NCBI GenBank assembly: GCA_040377305.1 | Contig: JBEIPA010000015.1 | Span: 32,001-96,000, forward strand | Length of the DNA: 64,000 bases | Direction: 5' to 3' | Origin: Flavobacteriales bacterium | GTDB taxonomy: Bacteria; Bacteroidota; Bacteroidia; Palsa-965 | Shown: positions 27,510-37,374 of the stretch, in pieces | How positions within the stretch are numbered: the first letter of the stretch is position 1 | Layout: each line of letters starts with the position of its first letter | Made by a program: the position numbers and the translations under genes | Notes under the pieces: generated by a model | What the model was told of the DNA's origin: nothing | Databases searched by the model: none | The model's input: only the letters and a program-made list of their open reading frames with translations

Positions 27510-28679
27510 ATGAAAATGCAGTTGACGGTAGATGAGCACAAGACGACAATTGCTAATGGGAAGGACACCGGCAATATCCCGATACATCTTCCTGGCTTAA
27601 ATGGTTTACGTGCCATCGCGGCGATCAGTGTCCTTTTTGCACATCTTACGATATCACTAAAACGTTTTGGTTTAAACAGCTTCATTCTGGGTACTGATCC
27701 GAATGGAAAGCCCTTTGGAGCTTTTGTTGCAGGAATTGGAGTGACCATTTTTTTTACGCTAAGTGGTTTTCTGATCACCTATCTGCTTCTCCATGAGAAG
27801 CCGATGAATATCAACATAAGACACTTTTACATTCGCAGGGTTTTAAGAATCTGGCCGTTGTATTTCTTATATCTTGGAATTGCTCTGCTTACATTGAAGC
27901 TTTATTCCACTGAATATGATGCAGGCGGTTTAGGATGGTATCTGTTTTTAGGCGCGAATATTCCGTTTATTTTCGGAGGACAAATTCCTTTGATAGGACA
28001 CTACTGGTCGTTGGGTGTTGAAGAGCAATTCTACTTGTTCTGGCCATGGATTGTAAAAAAAGTCAAAGAGCAGTGGCTAATTTTTGTATTCGTAACGCTT
28101 GCCGGTCTTCTCATAGCTGCAAAGTGTTACTGCAGGTATTATGAAATAACGACTCACGACAATTTACCTTTTTACTTTTTGTATATCAACCGTTTTGATT
28201 GCATGATTCTAGGCGCGATTGGTGCATTAGTGTATTTCAGGCGCAAGGAGAAATTACTCCGTATTGTTTGTCATCCTGTGTCTCAACTGATCAGTTGGGG
28301 CGTAATACTTTATTTTTTCCTTAACCGGCATCTGGGAATGCTGTTTAGTCACGAGGTTGCATCAGTTGCAACGGTATTTCTGATCATTGCGCAGTCTGAA
28401 AAAAGAAATCGCATTATTAATCTGAACAATGCCGTGTTTGATTTACTGGGCAAAATATCTTACGGCATTTATGTCATTCATCCTTTGATAATTTTCTTCA
28501 GCGTTTCTCTTATTGGAAATCTTGAAGATACGTGGTCGAGCTATGTATTGGTCTATTTGGGAATTACGGGAGTAACGCTGCTTGCTTCTTATGCGTCTTA
28601 TCAGTATTTTGAACGAAAATTCCTGAAGGTAAAACACAAATTCACCACGGTATTGAGTTCGGGCAACCGGGTAAACTAA
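27510..28679 (+). CDS. Acyltransferase family 3
   Basis: LNGLRAIA, FFTLSGFLIT, RRVLRIWPLY, HYWSLGVEEQFY, GKISYGIYVIH. Confidence 0.92.
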   Translation: MKMQLTVDEHKTTIANGKDTGNIPIHLPGLNGLRAIAAISVLFAHLTISLKRFGLNSFILGTDPNGKPFGAFVAGIGVTIFFTLSGFLITYLLLHEKPMNINIRHFYIRRVLRIWPLYFLYLGIALLTLKLYSTEYDAGGLGWYLFLGANIPFIFGGQIPLIGHYWSLGVEEQFYLFWPWIVKKVKEQWLIFVFVTLAGLLIAAKCYCRYYEITTHDNLPFYFLYINRFDCMILGAIGALVYFRRKEKLLRIVCHPVSQLISWGVILYFFLNRHLGMLFSHEVASVATVFLIIAQSEKRNRIINLNNAVFDLLGKISYGIYVIHPLIIFFSVSLIGNLEDTWSSYVLVYLGITGVTLLASYASYQYFERKFLKVKHKFTTVLSSGNRVN

Positions 28680-28686
28680 TTACAAC

Positions 28687-29331
28687 ATGAGCAACGAAAT
28701 AAAATACTACAGTCAATACGAGCAGGATAAGTTCCTTTCTGAAAATATATTCAAAGGAAAGACCGGATTCTTTATTGAAATCGGAGCTGATGACGGTGTG
28801 GATAAGAGCAATACTTACTTTTTTGAACTGAGTGGCTGGAAAGGTTTGTGCATTGAGCCTAGTCCTTCTCGCTTTGAGCAACTTAAGAAGAACAGAAAAT
28901 GCGAATGTATCAACATGGCAGTTTCCTCTTCCGAAAAGCAAGTGGAGTTCATGGACATTACAGGTTATGGCAAAGGCTTGTCAGGAATTGTTGATCACTA
29001 CGATGCGCGTCACGTTGACAGGATTGCAAGAGAGACAACGAATAATGACCAGACAATCAGCAAGAAGAAAGTAATCGTGAACACTGCTCGTTTAGATAAT
29101 CTGCTGGCTGATAGAAATATTACTGCTGTAGATTATTGCAGCATTGATGTAGAAGGCAGTGAGGTAGAAATTCTTAAGTCAATCGATTTCAATCAAACCT
29201 GGTTTGATGTATTTACAATCGAAGACAATTACCAGACGCCGGCAATCCGTGAAATTCTTGAGCTAAATAACTTTGAGCTGATTCACAAGATTGGACCAGA
29301 TCTCGTTTACCGGAATAAGAAGCGCATGTAA
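28687..29331 (+). CDS. FkbM-family methyltransferase
   Basis: YYSQYEQD, FFIEIGADDG, WKGLCIEP, SIDVEGSE. Confidence 0.92.
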   Translation: MSNEIKYYSQYEQDKFLSENIFKGKTGFFIEIGADDGVDKSNTYFFELSGWKGLCIEPSPSRFEQLKKNRKCECINMAVSSSEKQVEFMDITGYGKGLSGIVDHYDARHVDRIARETTNNDQTISKKKVIVNTARLDNLLADRNITAVDYCSIDVEGSEVEILKSIDFNQTWFDVFTIEDNYQTPAIREILELNNFELIHKIGPDLVYRNKKRM

Positions 29332-29336
29332 CTGCT

Positions 29337-30431
29337 TTATTCTGATTTACCTTGCGCCCTTAAGACTCTTTTCTTCCTGTATCGTTCCAGTGGGTCTGTT
29401 ATAAATCGGATCAACAGGAAACATGCGACCAACGTAATTCCCAATGCGAATTCAGCCTGGTAAGACATATTCCAACCGAACTTACCAATTACTTTCATCG
29501 CAACGAAAAGTGCGGTGATATGCGTGATATAGATCAGGTACGAATATTCCCCAATGTAATTGTCCAACTTGTTTTTCTTGGTGGCTTCAAAAATTAACGG
29601 AAGCGACACCATGATCAGGATATACAATGCGAGCTCTATGTACGGAAACTTAATTGCGTTGAAGCTCAGGACTACAGCCACGATCAGTGCAATAATACCA
29701 TAAGCAATCCTGTGATCAGTGATATTGAAACGAAGTTGTTTAGACCAGCGATAGGATAGGATCCCTGCGATGAAGAAAATGAGCTCGAAGGGAAAGAACC
29801 GGTGTGTCCATGGATCGAAATTGAATCCATTCATATAGGCAATTAAGCGTAAACCTAAAGTTGCGGCACCCAACACGAGAAGCCAGGAAGTTTTGAGTCG
29901 AACCAGAAAAGGTGCAATCAGGTAAAACATCAATTCAATACTTACGGTCCATGCCTGTGGAATTAACAGGTAGGTATGTACGCGTGGATCAGTTTGACGG
30001 AAATCACGTGCGAACTGAAGCATACCTTCCTGGTCAAAGCCCGTAAACAATGACGCATCAAGTCCGAAAATGCCCGTGTTCGAAGCAAACAGATAAGCCT
30101 TAGAGCTCCAGTGCAAAGGCGCATCACTGAGGTAGCCGTTGAGTTTGAAATAATCGCCGGTCATCACACCGCTTACGACGCAAATGATCAGCGTTGCAAT
30201 AAGGGTCACCCAATAGGCAGGATACAATCGCAGAAATCGATTCGTAATGAAAAGACGGTAACCTTTTTCGATTTGCAGATACTTTTCGCTGAGCACGAGA
30301 GCCATGTAGAATCCCGAAATGATGTAAAATGATTCCACCGCAACGCGTCCACCGGTCATGTGCAATCCAAACAAAGGTTCGCTGTGGGTAATAATTACCG
30401 CAACAGCAAGGATAAACCGGATAAGTCCCAT
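29337..30431 (-). CDS. Acyltransferase family 3 (opposite strand to the locus)
   Basis: FYIISGFYMA, NRFLRLYPAY, AWTVSIELMFY, GEYSYLIYITH. Confidence 0.9.
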   Translation of the reverse strand: MGLIRFILAVAVIITHSEPLFGLHMTGGRVAVESFYIISGFYMALVLSEKYLQIEKGYRLFITNRFLRLYPAYWVTLIATLIICVVSGVMTGDYFKLNGYLSDAPLHWSSKAYLFASNTGIFGLDASLFTGFDQEGMLQFARDFRQTDPRVHTYLLIPQAWTVSIELMFYLIAPFLVRLKTSWLLVLGAATLGLRLIAYMNGFNFDPWTHRFFPFELIFFIAGILSYRWSKQLRFNITDHRIAYGIIALIVAVVLSFNAIKFPYIELALYILIMVSLPLIFEATKKNKLDNYIGEYSYLIYITHITALFVAMKVIGKFGWNMSYQAEFALGITLVACFLLIRFITDPLERYRKKRVLRAQGKSE

Positions 30432-30512
30432 ACTGTTTGCTAAAATAGCGGAATGCTCTTTAAGTCGGTCCGATTTTGTTTTTCTATCAACAATAGGGGG
30501 TATATTAATGAC

Positions 30513-30520
30513 TATTTTTG
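30513..30520 (+). promoter_or_regulatory. Internal -7 element (TATTTTTG)
   Basis: TAnnTTTG 25 bp upstream of ATG 30546. Confidence 0.5.
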
Positions 30521-30545
30521 TTTGTGATACACTAATACTTCACCG

Positions 30546-31286
30546 ATGAATTTATTTTCTGTAATCAGGAAAGCTATTCTGAAAGAAGAGCAAGACACGG
30601 ACCGTAAGCAGCCCGAAAATCGTCGCGCTAACATGGATATCGTCAATCAGTATATTGCTGATCCTGAGTTTCCTTACCTGGTAAGTTTTTCCAGAACCGG
30701 GAGTCACTGGTTGCGAATGATGATGGAACTTTATCTGGGAATGCCATCACTCAAATTGCTTTTTTTCTCGGAAACCAACACAACATCCCGTTATTCTTGT
30801 TTGCACACCCATGATCTTGATTTTACGGTAGAGGCGCGTAACGTAGTTTATCTCTATCGTGAGCCGGTAGAAACGATTTTTTCACAAATGACTTACCACG
30901 AACAGGATTTGCAGAACGACGACCTTGTTGATGCGTGGGCAGATCATTATGCCCGTCATGTGAAGAAATGGGTGATTGATGAAAAATTTACTGCGCAAAA
31001 GATTGTTTTGACTTACGAAGGACTTAAGTCCGATATCGGATCAGAGTTTCAGAAGATTTCCGATTTTTTCGGTGTACCATTCGATGCCGATAAAGCCGCA
31101 AAGGCTGCAGCGAGTGTATCGAAAGAAAAGATCAGTGAGAAGACGAAGCACGATCCGAAAGTGATTAATCTGGACAAAGATTACAGTAACCGAAGGGAAG
31201 AGTTCAAGAAGCGATACAGTGCGCGTATCTATGAGCTTATTCGTACGCGTTACCCGGAAGTGGCAACATTGTTTGAGCAACACTAA
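30546..31286 (+). CDS. Sulfotransferase-domain protein
   Basis: 5'-PSB loop SFSRTGSHWLR; 3'-PB YLYREPVETIFS; LTYEGLK. Confidence 0.8.
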   Translation: MNLFSVIRKAILKEEQDTDRKQPENRRANMDIVNQYIADPEFPYLVSFSRTGSHWLRMMMELYLGMPSLKLLFFSETNTTSRYSCLHTHDLDFTVEARNVVYLYREPVETIFSQMTYHEQDLQNDDLVDAWADHYARHVKKWVIDEKFTAQKIVLTYEGLKSDIGSEFQKISDFFGVPFDADKAAKAAASVSKEKISEKTKHDPKVINLDKDYSNRREEFKKRYSARIYELIRTRYPEVATLFEQH

Positions 31287-31294
31287 GTAACTCC

Positions 31295-32248
31295 ATGGTT
31301 GTACGTCTGGTCAAGGATTGGAATTTTCCTGATATCATGCGTCAGTCGCCTGGTGTGTCTGGTGAGTGGAATGGAATTCGTTTCACCGAGGACAAACTAA
31401 CGGAGTGTGATATTCTGGTTGTCTTTAACCGCCCTCAGCACAATTTATTCTGTAAAGTCAGAGAAGGTGGAGCCTGGCTGTTCTCGCAGGAGTCACCCAT
31501 CGGGATTTACGACTGGCACAAAAAATCGTTTCCGTATTTCGACAAAGTGTATACTTTTTGGGAGAACGATAACGCGAAAAATATCTTTCACGATCAAACC
31601 ATGTTGCCCTGGCATATTGGTAAGTCGTATGACGAATTGAAAGCTCTGGAACCGGGCCATCTGAAAACGGATGAAGTGTCGTGGGTCACGAGTAGCGCAT
31701 CTTCTAAAGAAGGGCATCGCCTGCGAATGGCATTTCTCGAGTTTCTGAATTCAAAGCAATTCCCGCTACGCTTATTCGGAAGAGGATTTAATCCAATCGA
31801 CGATAAGTTTGACGGGATTTATCCCTACAAATATTCAATTGCTGTCGAGAATTACTCGTGCAATGATTACTGGACGGAGAAAATCGCTGATTGTCTTTTG
31901 TCGTGGACTTTACCGTTTTATTACGGTGCGAAGAATATTCAGAAGTTTTTACCTGAAGGTTCGATGGTGCACATTGATCCTGCGAAACCGGAAGAGTCGT
32001 TGGATATTATCAACGCTGCGATAAGCGAAGACTTGTGGGCGAAAAGGCTGGATGCAATCCGTGAGGCGCGTGAACTTATTTTAGAGAAGTATCAGTTTTT
32101 TCCCGCAATTGCACGCAAGATCGAAGAGATGAAACTGAAGCCGGGACGAAAGCTCAAATTGATTCCAGGTAACAGTAACGGCATTTTAAATGAAATTCCA
32201 TTGACCACTAAGCTAAAAGTAGCGTGGCACAATTTTAAAGTAAGATGA
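31295..32248 (+). CDS. Glycosyltransferase family 10-like (fucosyltransferase-type)
   Basis: YKYSIAVENYSCNDYWTEKIAD...PFYYG motif. Confidence 0.85.
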   Translation: MVVRLVKDWNFPDIMRQSPGVSGEWNGIRFTEDKLTECDILVVFNRPQHNLFCKVREGGAWLFSQESPIGIYDWHKKSFPYFDKVYTFWENDNAKNIFHDQTMLPWHIGKSYDELKALEPGHLKTDEVSWVTSSASSKEGHRLRMAFLEFLNSKQFPLRLFGRGFNPIDDKFDGIYPYKYSIAVENYSCNDYWTEKIADCLLSWTLPFYYGAKNIQKFLPEGSMVHIDPAKPEESLDIINAAISEDLWAKRLDAIREARELILEKYQFFPAIARKIEEMKLKPGRKLKLIPGNSNGILNEIPLTTKLKVAWHNFKVR

Positions 32249-33417
32249 AGTACACTTTTGTTTTCGGGTTCAGGAATCGGGAAGTTGAACGTGTGCAGCG
32301 TTGTTTTGATTCATTGCGTGAACAGGACTTTAAAGATTTTGAAGCGGTACTCATTGATTTCGGTAGTGATGAAGCTACATCACTTGAAGTAGCCAGGGTA
32401 TGTTCAAACTACAGTTTCGCCCGATACTTTTACAATGAGGTGAGAGGGTTGCCATGGAACCGGTCTTATGCCCTCAATACAGGAGTGCGTTTGGCAAAAG
32501 GCGAGTACATTATTTTTAGTGACGTCGACCTGATCTATACGCGAAATTTTCTCAGTGATGCCGACCGGTCGGTGAGACCAGATATCAGTCTGTACGGAGA
32601 ATACACACATCTGCCAGAAAATTTCTCTGCATGGTCAGAAATTAATTCGCTTGACGTAACAACGCTCAAAGGCTTTGGTCGAAATGCCAAGGGTGGTTTG
32701 CACTTCATCCAAAAAGCCAGGTTGGAGCAAATAGGATCTTATGATGAACATTACTGTTTTTGGGGCGTAGAAGATCGCGACCTGAGTTTACGCCTGAAGA
32801 AAATTGGTGTTACTGAAGTTTGGATTGAACAACAGAAACCGGTTTATCATCAATGGCATCCGGTAACTTCTGATTTTTATAACTCTGGTTTTCCGCTGCA
32901 ATGGTGGGAGGATATGAATATTTACTTCGAACAGAATAAGTCGAATCTTGTGCGCAATCCGGGAGGGTGGGGAAGGTTACTCGAAAAGTCAGACAGACCA
33001 TCTCTCAATGAAGATCACGCAGTAACCGAAATTAGTCTTCAATGCAAAGACAGCATATTTGATGAGCATGGAAAGACGCAGGTCATAGGAACGGTGTATT
33101 CGGCTTTGAATGATCTTAGCTTAGGACAGCGCGTTAAGTTTGTTTTCAAGCGTACGAAGAATAATAATCCATTGGATAGAATCATCACCAGAGATCTCCT
33201 GTCGCGGAAAATTGTTCATTCAACAGACTGGCAAAGGTTGAAGGTGCAGTTCGACAAGTACATGCGTCGACTGAATCATTTTATTCCGGATGAAGATTTG
33301 AAATACATATTTTGGAAAATTCAGACAACTGATAAGCGATTTGACTGCCATTATTCGGAAGATGAAAATTTCATGAAGTGGACTTTTGCGTTACGGAAAA
33401 ATCAAGGAATGTTATGA
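32245..33417 (+). CDS. Glycosyltransferase family 2 (GT7C-like C-terminal motif)
   Basis: IDFGS, RSYALNTG, FSDVD, YDEHYCFWGVEDRD. Confidence 0.85.
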   Translation: MKYTFVFGFRNREVERVQRCFDSLREQDFKDFEAVLIDFGSDEATSLEVARVCSNYSFARYFYNEVRGLPWNRSYALNTGVRLAKGEYIIFSDVDLIYTRNFLSDADRSVRPDISLYGEYTHLPENFSAWSEINSLDVTTLKGFGRNAKGGLHFIQKARLEQIGSYDEHYCFWGVEDRDLSLRLKKIGVTEVWIEQQKPVYHQWHPVTSDFYNSGFPLQWWEDMNIYFEQNKSNLVRNPGGWGRLLEKSDRPSLNEDHAVTEISLQCKDSIFDEHGKTQVIGTVYSALNDLSLGQRVKFVFKRTKNNNPLDRIITRDLLSRKIVHSTDWQRLKVQFDKYMRRLNHFIPDEDLKYIFWKIQTTDKRFDCHYSEDENFMKWTFALRKNQGML

Positions 33418-34310
33418 ACTACGCGCCGATAGTTGTCTTTTGTTATAATCGTCCTGAGCACGTACGACGCACTTTGGAAGCTTTAGCTGTTAACGCAGAA
33501 GCGATGGAGTCCAGGCTAATTATCTATTCCGACGGTCCGAAACCTGATGCTTCTACGCAGGATAAAGAACGTGTTGCAGAAACCAGAAAAGTAATCCGGA
33601 GTAAACAATGGTGCAAGGAAGTGGTTATTCATGAATCACCTCAGAATATGGGTTTGGCTTATACCGTAATCAAGGGTGTTTCAGAAACACTGGATCAATA
33701 CGGAAGCGTAATTACACTTGAGGATGATGTCCTGGTTTCGCGGTATTTTTTAAAATTCATTAATGAAGGATTGCAGAAGTACGCGAACAACGACAATGTA
33801 TATCTTATAGCGGGTTACACTTTTCCTATCCCTGAAGTGCAGAGAAGTTCTGAATCTTTTTTTCTTCCGGTTACCACGACACAAGCATGGGGTACATGGA
33901 AACGTGCGTGGACACAGTTCGATAGTTCTGCATCGGGCTACATAGAACTGAAGCACAATAAAGAACTGCGTCGCAAATTCAATTTGGATAACGCATATGA
34001 TTTTTCTGCCATGTTGATCCAGCAAATGGAAACAAACAACATCAGTTCCTGGGCGATCAAATGGTGGTGGTGCGTTTTCAAACGGGGGGGGCTTGGCCTG
34101 TTTCCGGATAAAAGCCTGGTAAGGAATATCGGCTGGGATGGATCGGGGCGTCATTCGGGGGCAAAGGATCCATTTTTCGAAGAGGATTGGCGTGATGATT
34201 ATGCAATTGTTGAATTCCCTGAGGCTGTTCAGCCTGACGATGCTAAATTTGGATTGATGATCGATTACCTCAAAAAACTATTTGGTAAAACCACAAGCAA
34301 TCAAGGATAG
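33414..34310 (+). CDS. Glycosyltransferase family 2/GT-A
   Basis: APIVVFCYNRPEH, YSDG, LEDD, WGTW, NIGWDGSG; ATG overlaps the upstream stop. Confidence 0.88.
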   Translation: MNYAPIVVFCYNRPEHVRRTLEALAVNAEAMESRLIIYSDGPKPDASTQDKERVAETRKVIRSKQWCKEVVIHESPQNMGLAYTVIKGVSETLDQYGSVITLEDDVLVSRYFLKFINEGLQKYANNDNVYLIAGYTFPIPEVQRSSESFFLPVTTTQAWGTWKRAWTQFDSSASGYIELKHNKELRRKFNLDNAYDFSAMLIQQMETNNISSWAIKWWWCVFKRGGLGLFPDKSLVRNIGWDGSGRHSGAKDPFFEEDWRDDYAIVEFPEAVQPDDAKFGLMIDYLKKLFGKTTSNQG

Positions 34311-34322
34311 TCACAGGCACTA

Positions 34323-34955
34323 ATGCCAAATTTTATGCGAAAGCTGATTTCAAAATTATTCTGGTGGGCAGTAACACCCATGGCTATCGAGAATGCTATC
34401 GATGGCCGGAGAAATCATGAGAATGTCGGTAAAGCAATCCTTGGCAAGGGTTCCAAATTTTATCCGGAGACCAGAGTTGTGTCGAGGAAAGAAGATAGGT
34501 CTAGAATTGTGATAGGAGAAAATTCGCATCTGCGGTGTAATCTTTTTGTGTTCCCTTTTGGCGGACAGATTCAAATAGGTGATTACAGTTTTGTAGGAGA
34601 CGGAAGTCGCATCTGGTCAGGCGATAAAATCATAATCGGAAATCATGTAATGATCGCTCATAACGTTGATGTTATGGATACTAACTCGCATGAGATCGAT
34701 CATCTTGAACGGGCCGAAAGCTTTAAACAACTACTCAAGACAGGACATCCCCGCACTCAAGGCTCAATCAAATGCGCGCCGGTAGTAATTGAGGATTATG
34801 TCTGGATTGGTTTCGGTTCAGCTATTCTAAAGGGAGTTACGATAGGTAAAGGAGCAATAGTCGGAGCACACAGTGTGGTAACTGAGAATGTTGAGCCATT
34901 CACAATTGTGACGGGAAATCCTGCAAAAGTTTCTGGTCGCATCAAACAAGAATAA
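34323..34955 (+). CDS. Hexapeptide-repeat (LbH) O-acyltransferase
   Basis: IGDYSFVG, DTNSH, VWIG...ILKGVTIGKGAIVGA.SVVT...GNPAK. Confidence 0.9.
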   Translation: MPNFMRKLISKLFWWAVTPMAIENAIDGRRNHENVGKAILGKGSKFYPETRVVSRKEDRSRIVIGENSHLRCNLFVFPFGGQIQIGDYSFVGDGSRIWSGDKIIIGNHVMIAHNVDVMDTNSHEIDHLERAESFKQLLKTGHPRTQGSIKCAPVVIEDYVWIGFGSAILKGVTIGKGAIVGAHSVVTENVEPFTIVTGNPAKVSGRIKQE

Positions 34956-34969
34956 TCGGAGCACGCACT

Positions 34970-35587
34970 ATGTTCGGAAAAAATAAAAAAGTTGATTCGG
35001 TAAAACCACTTACTCCCTTGCAACGCTATGTTCAGGAGGGGGCGGTTATAGTTGGTAGTCGGACGATCACAGACGGTTTCGTTCCTGAAATACGACCAGC
35101 AGGAAGCCCTTCCGGTAAATCGCGAATTGTAATCGGAGAGGATTGCGTAGTTGCTGGTGCGTTTATTCTTGAGAACGATGGTGGGAAAGTTAGAATCGGT
35201 AACAGGACATTCATTGGCGGAGGACGATTTATCAGTATTGCGGGAATCGAAATTGGGGACGATGTGATGTTCTCGTGGGGTTGCACGTTGATGGATAACG
35301 ACGCACATTCTTTGGATTGGCAACAGCGTGTGAATGATGTTGCAGACTGGAAGCGAGGCTTGGATGAAAAAAAGATCGGAGCATATAAAAATTGGGAAGC
35401 AGTTGATTCAGCACCCATTGTTGTGGGCAATCGGGCATGGATAGGATTTAACGTTATCATCTTGAAAGGAATCACGATTGGCGAAGGTGCTGTTGTTGCA
35501 GCAGGCAGTGTGGTTACGAAAGATGTAGCTCCGTATACACTCGTTGCTGGTAATCCAGCGCGTTATATCAAAGATTTACAGAAGTAA
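34970..35587 (+). CDS. Hexapeptide-repeat (LbH) O-acyltransferase
   Basis: DNDAH, AWIG...ILKGITIGEGAVVAAGSVVTKDV...GNPAR. Confidence 0.9.
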   Translation: MFGKNKKVDSVKPLTPLQRYVQEGAVIVGSRTITDGFVPEIRPAGSPSGKSRIVIGEDCVVAGAFILENDGGKVRIGNRTFIGGGRFISIAGIEIGDDVMFSWGCTLMDNDAHSLDWQQRVNDVADWKRGLDEKKIGAYKNWEAVDSAPIVVGNRAWIGFNVIILKGITIGEGAVVAAGSVVTKDVAPYTLVAGNPARYIKDLQK

Positions 35588-35590
35588 TTT

Positions 35591-36466
35591 ATGACCTGGG
35601 AAGAAATCATCATCAAAATCCGCAAAGATGCCGCTTACAAAGAGCTGGTTGAGCTCGCGTATTTTGAAGAGGATCTTCCGCTGAATGTTGAACGGTTTCG
35701 TCATTCAGAGGAATACAAAGAAACACTGCGCCTGATTCAGGAATACTTGCCAGGGACTGATAAACGGATTGCAGATATTGGCGCGGGGAATGGCATTGCT
35801 TCTGTTGCATTTGCGTTGGATGGTTATCACGTAATTGCAGTAGAACCTGATCCGAGTGACACAATTGGTGCTGGCGCAATTCGTAAGCTGCAGCAACACT
35901 ACAACCTGAAAAATCTGGAAGTGGTCGAGGCTTGGGGAGAGTCATTACCCATGGAAAAAAACTCACTCGACATTGTTTATATACGCCAGGCTGTACACCA
36001 CGCAGCAAAGCTGAATGATTTTATCTCGGAAACGGCACGCTTGCTGAAACCGGGTGGAATACTTTTTACAGTCCGCGATCACGTGATTTATAATGAGGAA
36101 GACAAACAATTATTTTTGAAGTCTCACCCTCTGCATAAATTCTACGGTGGAGAAAATGCGTTTACAGAAGCGGAATACGATTCTGCAATTTCCGGAGCCG
36201 GACTGAAAGTGCAACAGAAGCTCTATCACTACGATTCGGTGATCAATTATTTTCCGGAGAAGGCTTCAGTCGTTGAAGGCAAGAAAAAGAAACGCAGCGA
36301 CTTCATAGAACAGAACTGGAAAAAGAACATTCCATCTGCTCTTCGAAAAATTGACGCGATCAAATCGTGGTATTATCGTCGCGCCGAAAGTAAGCTTGGA
36401 GTTCTATTCGATGCCTCGAAAATTCCCGGCAGGTTGATTTCATACATTGCACGAAAGCCGTTATGA
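35591..36466 (+). CDS. Class I SAM-dependent methyltransferase
   Basis: IADIGAGNG, AVEPD, AVHH, LKPGG. Confidence 0.88.
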   Translation: MTWEEIIIKIRKDAAYKELVELAYFEEDLPLNVERFRHSEEYKETLRLIQEYLPGTDKRIADIGAGNGIASVAFALDGYHVIAVEPDPSDTIGAGAIRKLQQHYNLKNLEVVEAWGESLPMEKNSLDIVYIRQAVHHAAKLNDFISETARLLKPGGILFTVRDHVIYNEEDKQLFLKSHPLHKFYGGENAFTEAEYDSAISGAGLKVQQKLYHYDSVINYFPEKASVVEGKKKKRSDFIEQNWKKNIPSALRKIDAIKSWYYRRAESKLGVLFDASKIPGRLISYIARKPL

Positions 36467-37350
36467 GAATCTTAGTCATCGGTTCAAAAGGATTTGTTGG
36501 TTCGGCCTGTGTACGCATTCTGAGCAAGGAGCACAGCGTAACGGGTGCTGATATTGTAGCCACTGATTCACCTTCTTATTTTCAGATTCGGGATGCGAAC
36601 AGTTTCGATGAACTTTTCGCTGCTAATGAATTCGATTATTGTATCAATGCATCCGGATCGGCAAACGTGGGGTTCTCTTTCTCGAATCCCGAAAAAGATT
36701 TTGAGCTGAACGTAGCGAATGTGAAACGCATGCTTGTCGCGATCAAAATGCATCAACCCAAATGCCGTTTCATTAATTTCTCCAGTGCAGCGGTGTATGG
36801 AAATCCAAAGTCATTGCCCATTGAAGAAAGCGCAACGTTGAATCCGGTTTCTCCATACGGCAAACACAAATTGGCTTCAGAAGAACTTCTGATGGAATAT
36901 CACGCGCAAGGACTTGCGACGTGCAGCCTACGTGTTTTCTCGGCTTACGGCCCGGGATTGCATAAGCAACTGTTCTGGGATATCTATCAGAAAAGACTTG
37001 CCTCTCGCGATGTAACGCTCTTTGGAACAGGAAAAGAAAGTCGCGATTTCATTTACATTGATGATCTCGTAGAAGCGCTGCGTTGTATCATGGAAGGAGC
37101 TTCCTTTGCTGGCGAGGCAATCAATGTATCATCCGGGTGTGAAACAACCATTGAAGAAGCTGCGCGAAAGTTTCTCGATGCTAGTGGCTTACCTTACACA
37201 CTGAAGTTTTCGGGTGAAGTAAAAGTCGGTGATCCGCTTAATTGGAGAGCTTCTGTAGAAAAACTTACGCAGTTGGGCTTTAGTGCGTCAACCGTTATTG
37301 GGGTTGGACTCGCGGCTACGATGGCGGATTACGCTGCATCGGGCAAATAA
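36463..37350 (+). CDS. NAD-dependent epimerase/dehydratase
   Basis: GSKGFVG, SSAAVYG, YGKHK, SRDFIYIDD. Confidence 0.92.
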   Translation: MRILVIGSKGFVGSACVRILSKEHSVTGADIVATDSPSYFQIRDANSFDELFAANEFDYCINASGSANVGFSFSNPEKDFELNVANVKRMLVAIKMHQPKCRFINFSSAAVYGNPKSLPIEESATLNPVSPYGKHKLASEELLMEYHAQGLATCSLRVFSAYGPGLHKQLFWDIYQKRLASRDVTLFGTGKESRDFIYIDDLVEALRCIMEGASFAGEAINVSSGCETTIEEAARKFLDASGLPYTLKFSGEVKVGDPLNWRASVEKLTQLGFSASTVIGVGLAATMADYAASGK

Positions 37351-37362
37351 CCTGCGGAATAT

Positions 37363-37370
37363 TAACTTTG
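37363..37370 (+). promoter_or_regulatory. Internal -7 element (TAACTTTG)
   Basis: Exact TAnnTTTG ending 4 bp before ATG 37375. Confidence 0.5.
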
Positions 37371-37374
37371 ATGT

